From positions 39,142 through 103,141 of the forward strand of contig JBBRRZ010000004.1 in NCBI GenBank assembly GCA_038245845.1: a DNA stretch of 64,000 bases. The letters are read 5' to 3'. The notes under the pieces are model-generated. The model was not told the DNA's origin and did no database searches. It worked only from the letters and a program-made list of their open reading frames with translations. A program made the translations under genes and the position numbers. Each line of letters opens with the position of its first letter. Position 1 is the stretch's first letter. This DNA is from Candidatus Limnocylindrales bacterium. GTDB taxonomy: Bacteria > Chloroflexota > Limnocylindria > Limnocylindrales > CSP1-4. Of this stretch, positions 58,415-64,000 are shown piece by piece.

Positions 58415-59809
58415 CTAGCTGTCGAACCCGATGCCGAGGACGTCCATCGCGCGCAGGAACAGGCCGCGGCGGCCCTCGTTCGCGTCGGCGGCGATCACGG
58501 CGCGGCGCATCACCTCGACGGCGGGCGTCCGGATGGGCTCGGTCGGGATGGGGAACGGCAGTGAGCGCACGAAGCGGAGGTCCAGGAGCGGCGAATCCGG
58601 CCGCAGGACCTGGTCGCGCAGGATCCCTGCCGCCCAGCGCGTCGCCCCGACGCCGAGGCCCGTGTACCCGAGTGCGTAGTGCACCCGGCCGCCAAGCGTC
58701 TCGCCGAAGGTCACGCTGAAGCGAGTCGAGGTGTCGATCGCCCCGCCCCAGCGATGCGTGAACCCGATCCCGTCGAGCTGGGGAAACGTGTCGCCGAAGT
58801 GGCGCTCGAGCGTGTCGAAGGTCGCCGGCCGTGTGTCGTACGCGGGTCGCACGGCGTTGCCCGGGTGGTAGATCGCGTCGTAGCCGCCCCACAGGATCCG
58901 GTCATCGGCGGACCGACGGAAGTAGTGGAACTGGTTGCCCGCGTCGGACATGCCCTCCCGGCCGCGCCAGCCGATCGCGTCGCGCTGCGCCTCGGTGAGC
59001 GGCTCGGTCATGAGGACGTAGTCATAGACCGGAACGAAGGTCGTGGCCAGCCGCCGCAGCCAGGCGCTGTACGCGGACGTGCCCATGAGCACATGGTCGG
59101 CCGCCACGACCCCGCCGCCCGCGATCTGGACGTCGACGCCACCCGCCCGCCTGCGCAGGCGCTCGACCCGGCTGCCCTCGGCGATCCGCGCACCACGCCG
59201 CTCGGCCGCGGCGGCCAGGCCCCACGCCAGCTTCGCCGGGTTGAGCATCACGCAGCGCTCCGGGCCCGCGCGGACCGCCGCCAGCCAGCGCGCCGAGTGA
59301 ACCTCGTCCCGGATCGCCTGTCGGTCGAGGAAGTCGAGCTCGATGCCGTGGCTGCCGCCGAGCTCCACGTACTCGCGCAACCCGTCGACCTGCCACGGCT
59401 CGGTCGCCACGTCGAGCGTCCCCGTCTCCTCGAGCTCGGCGTCGATGCCCTCCGCGCGGACGAAGGCCACGAGCTCCCGCAGGTTGCGCTGCCCCTCGGC
59501 CTCGAGCACCTCGATCTCGTCGGGAAAGTGGAGCAGGCCGTTGTGCAGCCCATGGGTCAGCGACGCGGCGCAGAACCCGCCGTTCCGACCGCTGGCGCCG
59601 TGGCCCACCCGCTCCGCCTCGACGACGACGACCCGCAGCGCCGGATCCGTCTCGAGCAGCGAGATCGCCGTCCACAGGCCGGTGAACCCGCCACCGATGA
59701 CGGCGACATCGGCCTCGACCCGGCCTCGGACAGGCACACGGACCGGACCCGGGTCGCCGCTCGAGACCCAGAACGATCCGCCGGCCGGGAGCGCTGTCGG
59801 TGTAACCAT
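58415..59809 (-). CDS. FAD-dependent oxidoreductase, PuuB/DadA (amine oxidase-like) family
   Basis: VIGGGFTGLW, GASGRNGG, TEPL, YFRRSADDRILWGG, WGGAID, GYTGLGV. Confidence 0.88.
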   Translation of the reverse strand: MVTPTALPAGGSFWVSSGDPGPVRVPVRGRVEADVAVIGGGFTGLWTAISLLETDPALRVVVVEAERVGHGASGRNGGFCAASLTHGLHNGLLHFPDEIEVLEAEGQRNLRELVAFVRAEGIDAELEETGTLDVATEPWQVDGLREYVELGGSHGIELDFLDRQAIRDEVHSARWLAAVRAGPERCVMLNPAKLAWGLAAAAERRGARIAEGSRVERLRRRAGGVDVQIAGGGVVAADHVLMGTSAYSAWLRRLATTFVPVYDYVLMTEPLTEAQRDAIGWRGREGMSDAGNQFHYFRRSADDRILWGGYDAIYHPGNAVRPAYDTRPATFDTLERHFGDTFPQLDGIGFTHRWGGAIDTSTRFSVTFGETLGGRVHYALGYTGLGVGATRWAAGILRDQVLRPDSPLLDLRFVRSLPFPIPTEPIRTPAVEVMRRAVIAADANEGRRGLFLRAMDVLGIGFDS

Positions 59810-59855
59810 CAGGTCGCCAATGTACGCGGATCTGCCACGCAGTGGCGAGTCCGAC

Positions 59856-59957
59856 TGCGTGATTCGCACAACGGGTCGCGCTTGATGACGATATTCGTGT
59901 TGACGCGTCCGGAGGCCATATGGCACGATCGGACGAAACTGTTGCATAGCCCGCAAC
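59856..59957. promoter_or_regulatory. Divergent promoter region with TTGACG-18-CACGAT and two TGC-N7-GCA dyads
   Basis: -35 at 59900-59905, -10 at 59924-59929; dyads TGCGTGATTCGCA (59856-59868) and GTTGCATAGCCCGCAAC (59941-59957). Confidence 0.5.
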
Positions 59958-60060
59958 GCTCGTCCCGGAATACGGGTCACGTCGCGTGCGCCCCCGCCGC
60001 CGCCCGCAGCCGGTCGACGCCGCCCCGCCCGGGGCAGGGGGTCACAAGCCCGGAGGCACC

Positions 60061-61434
60061 ATGACCGCCGAACCCGCCTCACGCCCCACCACCTCACTCT
60101 CGCGCGTGCAGCAGCTCGCGATGTACCGGCGTGCGCTCAAGACGCTGCCGGGTGGCACGGATTCGAACTTCCGCGCCTGGGGCGAGGACACGGTGTACGT
60201 GGACCGGGGCAAGGGTGGCCGGGTCTGGGACCTTGACGGCAACGAGTACATCGACCTGCGCATGGGCTACGGGCCCGTGATCCTGGGCCACGGGGACGAC
60301 CGCGTCGACGACTACGTGAACGAGCGGATGCGCCGGGGCGTCAGCTTCTCGCTCACGAGCGAGGACGAGGTTGTGGCGATGGAGCTCGTCAAAGAGCTCA
60401 ACCCCTGGGTCACGAAGGCGCGGATGACCGTCTCGGGCACCGAGGCGACGATGCACGCGATGCGCATCGCCCGTGCCTACACGGGCCGCGACAAGATCGT
60501 GAAGTTCGAGGGCCAGTACCACGGCGTCCACGACTACGCGTTGATCAGCGTCGCGCCCGACAACATGGCCGACCTCGGTGACGAGGACAACCCCGTCGGG
60601 CTGGCCTGGGGCCGCGGAATCCCGAGCGACGTCGCCAAGACGATCGTGCCCGCGCGCTACAACAACATCGGCGCCCTCCGCCGCCTGTTCGAGCGCCAGG
60701 GAAACGAGATCGCGGCGATCATCGTGGAGCCCGTGCTCGGCAACGCCCAGGGGATCCTCCCCAAGCCCGGCTTCCACCAGGCGATGCGCGCCCTCACCGA
60801 GGAGTTCGGGATCCTGCTGATCTTCGATGAGGTCAAGACGGGATTCCGGTTCGCGAAGGGTGGGGCCGCGGAGTTCTTCGGGATCACCCCGGACCTCGCG
60901 ACGTACGCCAAGGCGATGGGCAACGGCTACCCGGCTGCGGCCTTCGGTGGACGCGAGGACGTCATGTCCGTCCTGCCCGACAAGGTCAGCCACGGAGGCA
61001 CCTACGCCGGCAACCGGGTCGCGGCCGCCGCCGCCGTGAAGACCCTCCAGATCATCCGCGACACGGACGCGCTGGCGACCATCCACGCCACGGGCGAGAC
61101 GGTCCAGACCGGCATCCGCCAGCTGCTCGATGCGAAGGGTCTCGCCTACCACATCACCGGCCATCCCTCGATGTTCGGCGTGATGTTCACGGACGTCGTG
61201 GCCAGCGAGTACCGGGACTGGGCGAACACCGACCACCAGCTGTACGACGCCATCGCGATCGGCATGCACGCCCGCGGCGCCATGCCGGAGCCCGACTCCC
61301 GCGAGCCGTGGTTCATCTGCGAGGCGCACGCCGAGGGCGACATCGTGGACCGGGTCCTGACGATCTTCGGCGACTCGCTCGACGCGGCACTCGAGGCGCG
61401 CGCCCGTGGCGAGATCGGTCCGGCAGCCCACTGA
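60061..61434 (+). CDS. Class III PLP aminotransferase, glutamate-1-semialdehyde aminomutase-like
   Basis: WDLDGNEYID, SGTEATM, KFEGQYHG, LIFDEVKTGFR, YAKAMGNG; GGAGG RBS. Confidence 0.88.
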   Translation: MTAEPASRPTTSLSRVQQLAMYRRALKTLPGGTDSNFRAWGEDTVYVDRGKGGRVWDLDGNEYIDLRMGYGPVILGHGDDRVDDYVNERMRRGVSFSLTSEDEVVAMELVKELNPWVTKARMTVSGTEATMHAMRIARAYTGRDKIVKFEGQYHGVHDYALISVAPDNMADLGDEDNPVGLAWGRGIPSDVAKTIVPARYNNIGALRRLFERQGNEIAAIIVEPVLGNAQGILPKPGFHQAMRALTEEFGILLIFDEVKTGFRFAKGGAAEFFGITPDLATYAKAMGNGYPAAAFGGREDVMSVLPDKVSHGGTYAGNRVAAAAAVKTLQIIRDTDALATIHATGETVQTGIRQLLDAKGLAYHITGHPSMFGVMFTDVVASEYRDWANTDHQLYDAIAIGMHARGAMPEPDSREPWFICEAHAEGDIVDRVLTIFGDSLDAALEARARGEIGPAAH

Positions 61435-61453
61435 CGCGCGCGGAGACGAACCG

Positions 61454-62224
61454 ATGACGCTCGACGGGAATGCCGTCCGGTCCGTCGATCGGGCGGCGGC
61501 CCTGTTGCTGGCCCTCGGGGAGAGCCACGGCGAGGCCGGCGTGACCGAGCTCGCACGGCGGCTCGGCCTGCACAAGTCCACCGCGTCCCGCCTGCTCGCG
61601 ACGCTCGAGAAGCGGGGCCTTGTGGAGCAGGACGAGGAGAGCGGCAAGTACCGCCTCGGCCTCGTCGTGATCCGCCTGGCCAACCGCGCGGAGCGCACGC
61701 TGGACCTGCGCTCGATCGCGATGCCGGAGCTCGAGCGCCTCGCGCGGGCGACGCATGAGACCACCGGCCTCGGCGTGCTGGACGGGGACCAGCTGCTCAC
61801 GGTCGCCCAGGCCGACGGGCCGAACCTCGTCGCGATGGGGGACTGGTCCGGCCGCTTCGTGCCGCTGCATTCGGTGGCCGGGGGCAAGGTCCTGCTGGCC
61901 TCGCTCCCGGAGCGGGAGATCCTGCGCCTCGTCCGGCGCGGTCTGGACCGGTTCACGGAGCGGTCGATCACCACGCTCGAGCCGCTGCTCGAGGAGCTCG
62001 CCCGGGTCCGCCGGCGCAAGTACGCGACGGCGTTCGGCGAGTACGACGCCGGTCTCAACGCGATCGCGGCGCCGGTCCACGACGCGCGTGGCCAGGTGAT
62101 CGCCGCGGTGGACGTGTGGGGTCCGGCGTTCCGGGTCACGCCGCGCCGGATCCCGGAGCTCGCGCAGCAGGTCCAGGAGGCCGCGGGCGCGATCTCGGTC
62201 CGGCTCGGGGGCACGCCCGCCTGA
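61454..62224 (+). CDS. IclR-family transcriptional regulator
   Basis: SVDRAAALL, GVTELARRLGLHKSTASRLL, PLHSVAGGKVLLA, IAAPV. Confidence 0.94.
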   Translation: MTLDGNAVRSVDRAAALLLALGESHGEAGVTELARRLGLHKSTASRLLATLEKRGLVEQDEESGKYRLGLVVIRLANRAERTLDLRSIAMPELERLARATHETTGLGVLDGDQLLTVAQADGPNLVAMGDWSGRFVPLHSVAGGKVLLASLPEREILRLVRRGLDRFTERSITTLEPLLEELARVRRRKYATAFGEYDAGLNAIAAPVHDARGQVIAAVDVWGPAFRVTPRRIPELAQQVQEAAGAISVRLGGTPA

Positions 62225-62246
62225 GCTCGCACGCCCGCCTGAGCTC
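62211..62246. repeat. 18-bp tandem duplication GCACGCCCGCCTGAGCTC spanning the IclR stop codon, plus a partial third copy
   Basis: Exact copies at 62211 and 62229. Confidence 0.88.
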
Positions 62247-62305
62247 GCACGCGCGCCTCGACTGCGCTCACCCGCCCCGTGCGTCATCTCGACTAGGCTG
62301 AGGAC

Positions 62306-63253
62306 ATGACCATTCCGGCCGGCGTCGAGGCGCGTCTCCTCGCCCTGCTCCAGGACTCCGTCCTGCCGATCCTCCTGATCATTGTCATCGCGGCGCTTGT
62401 CCTCCGGCTCGCCAGCGTCTCCGTGCGCAGCGTTGTCAAGGCGCTCCTGGACCGCGAGACGACCGAGGGCACGGCCCAGGAGCTGTCCGCGGTCGAGGTC
62501 CGGAAGCGCATGGACACGCTGGAGCAGCTCGGGACCAACGTGATCCGCGTGTTCGTCACGCTGATCGCCCTGGTCATGATCCTGGGCGAGCTGAACCTCG
62601 ACATCGGGCCGGCGGTCGCGGGCCTCGGGGTCGTCGGCATCGCGGTGGGCTTCGGCACCCAGAGCATCGTCCGGGACTACTTCACGGGCGCCTTGATCCT
62701 CATCGAGAACCAGTTCAGCAAGGGCGACGTCGTCTCGATCGCCGGTGTCTCCGGCACGGTGGAGGACTTCAGCCTCCGGCGCACGACCCTGCGCGACCTC
62801 GACGGCGTCGTCCATACGGTGCCCAACGGCGAGATCAAGGTGGCCTCGAACCGGACGCGCGTCTGGGCGCGCATCAACCAGGACGTCACGGTGGCCTACG
62901 GGACCGACATCGAGAAGGCGACGCGCGTGGTGGACGATGTCGGCACCGCGATGGCCGCCGACCCGGAATGGCGCCGCCGCGTGCTCGAGCCGCCGCACGT
63001 GGAGCGGATCGAGGCACTTGCAGAGTACGGGATCACGCTCAAGGTCCTGGGCCGCGTCCGGGCGACCGAGCAGTGGGCCGCGGGCGGCGAGCTGCGCAAG
63101 CGGCTCCTCGCCGCGTTCGCCACCTACGGCATCGAGATCCCGCGGCCCCAGCGGGTCGTGCTGGCCCGTGACCCGGGGATCGACCCGTTCGCCGGTGATG
63201 GCGACACACCCGCGGGCCCCACGCAGGACGACCTCTCCGCCGGGGTCGACTGA
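62306..63253 (+). CDS. Small-conductance mechanosensitive channel family protein
   Basis: GVVGIAVGFGTQSIVRD, ENQFSKGDVV, GTVEDFSLRRT, VPNGEI, GIEIPRPQR. Confidence 0.93.
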   Translation: MTIPAGVEARLLALLQDSVLPILLIIVIAALVLRLASVSVRSVVKALLDRETTEGTAQELSAVEVRKRMDTLEQLGTNVIRVFVTLIALVMILGELNLDIGPAVAGLGVVGIAVGFGTQSIVRDYFTGALILIENQFSKGDVVSIAGVSGTVEDFSLRRTTLRDLDGVVHTVPNGEIKVASNRTRVWARINQDVTVAYGTDIEKATRVVDDVGTAMAADPEWRRRVLEPPHVERIEALAEYGITLKVLGRVRATEQWAAGGELRKRLLAAFATYGIEIPRPQRVVLARDPGIDPFAGDGDTPAGPTQDDLSAGVD

Positions 63254-63373
63254 GCGCGCCCGAGACCGGACAACAGCGGACTGTCGGCTCGGCGCACCCG
63301 GACCAATCGCCGTGGAGCGCCGGGCGTGCCCGCGTATCATGGGCCGACCCAGGGAGTTTGTTCGGAGGGACCC

Positions 63374-64000
63374 GTGAGCGAGCCCCAGGCCCACGCCGGG
63401 CCGGAGATCGAGAACCTCTTCGCCGAGACGCGGACCTTCCCGCCGGACCCGGCCTTTGTCGCCCAGGCGAACGCCACGGTCGCCCTGTACGACGAGGCAA
63501 ACGCGGACTACGTCGGGTTCTGGGCCAGGCAGGCCCGCGAGCGCGTCTCCTGGTTCACGCCGTTCGAGCACACCCTCGAGTGGAACCTCCCGGACGCGAA
63601 GTGGTTCACCGGCGGGGAGCTCAACGTCGCCTACAACTGCGTCGACCGCCACGTCGAGCGCGGGCTGGGTGACAAGGTCGCCTACCACTGGATCGGCGAG
63701 CCCGGGGACACCCGCACGCTCACGTTCGCGGACCTCATGCGCGAGAGCTCGAAGGCGGCCAACGCGCTCCTCGAGCTGGGGGTTCGCAAGGGTGACCGGG
63801 TCGCGATCTACATGCCGATGATCCCCGAGCTGCCGATCGCGATGCTCGCCTGCGCCCGCATCGGCGCGCCGCACACGGTCGTCTTCGGCGGGTTCTCCGC
63901 GGAGGCGCTGTCGGGGCGCATCAATGACTGCGGTGCCAAGGTGCTGATCACCGCGGATGGTGGCTGGCGGCGGGGCAAGAAGGTCGGCCTCAAGCACCAC
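63374..64000 (+). CDS. acs: Acetyl-CoA synthetase (3'-truncated; absent from the ORF track because no stop is in the window)
   Basis: Translated by hand from GTG 63374 after GGAGG: [61 protein letters not shown]. Confidence 0.93.
   Translation, partial: MSEPQAHAGPEIENLFAETRTFPPDPAFVAQANATVALYDEANADYVGFWARQARERVSWFTPFEHTLEWNLPDAKWFTGGELNVAYNCVDRHVERGLGDKVAYHWIGEPGDTRTLTFADLMRESSKAANALLELGVRKGDRVAIYMPMIPELPIAMLACARIGAPHTVVFGGFSAEALSGRINDCGAKVLITADGGWRRGKKVGLKHH

Noticed and set aside
60061-61434. hemL assignment
   Set aside because: Substrate motif differs from HemL and the context is catabolic, so no gene symbol was given

Overview
High-GC bacterial chromosome segment. Gene families and promoter style suggest Chloroflexota, possibly Limnocylindria-like (inference only). 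The housekeeping backbone carries two PYROXD2/phytoene-desaturase-like oxidoreductases, surE, an AI-2E transporter, trpS, hom-thrC-thrB, a lysC-birA-ECF sigma-accD-accA-accC-fabZ-fabF-accB-fabH-fabG-rfbC cluster, two diguanylate cyclases, polX, a DUF885 peptidase, an amine oxidase/aminotransferase/IclR locus, mscS and a partial acs. An accessory block of about 17 kb lies between trpS and hom. It holds a 3867-aa signal-peptide-bearing Rhs polymorphic toxin whose YD repeats are interleaved with LamG and carbohydrate-binding domains, followed by cognate and orphan immunity-like genes and a RES toxin-antitoxin pair. The most interesting observations are: (1) a lysine-less BCCP paralogue between accA and accC that resembles plant BADC regulators of acetyl-CoA carboxylase and co-occurs with a normal accB; (2) an XRE-HTH/PD-(D/E)XK nuclease gene followed by an array of GTCCA-N5-TGGAC palindromes and a G-rich tandem repeat; (3) the lectin-studded Rhs toxin locus; (4) an 898-aa methyltransferase-nuclease-like protein with degenerate catalytic motifs; (5) a recurring leaderless promoter architecture. 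No rRNA, tRNA, CRISPR array or integrase was recognised. All family assignments come from motif recognition by eye; no database searches were run.
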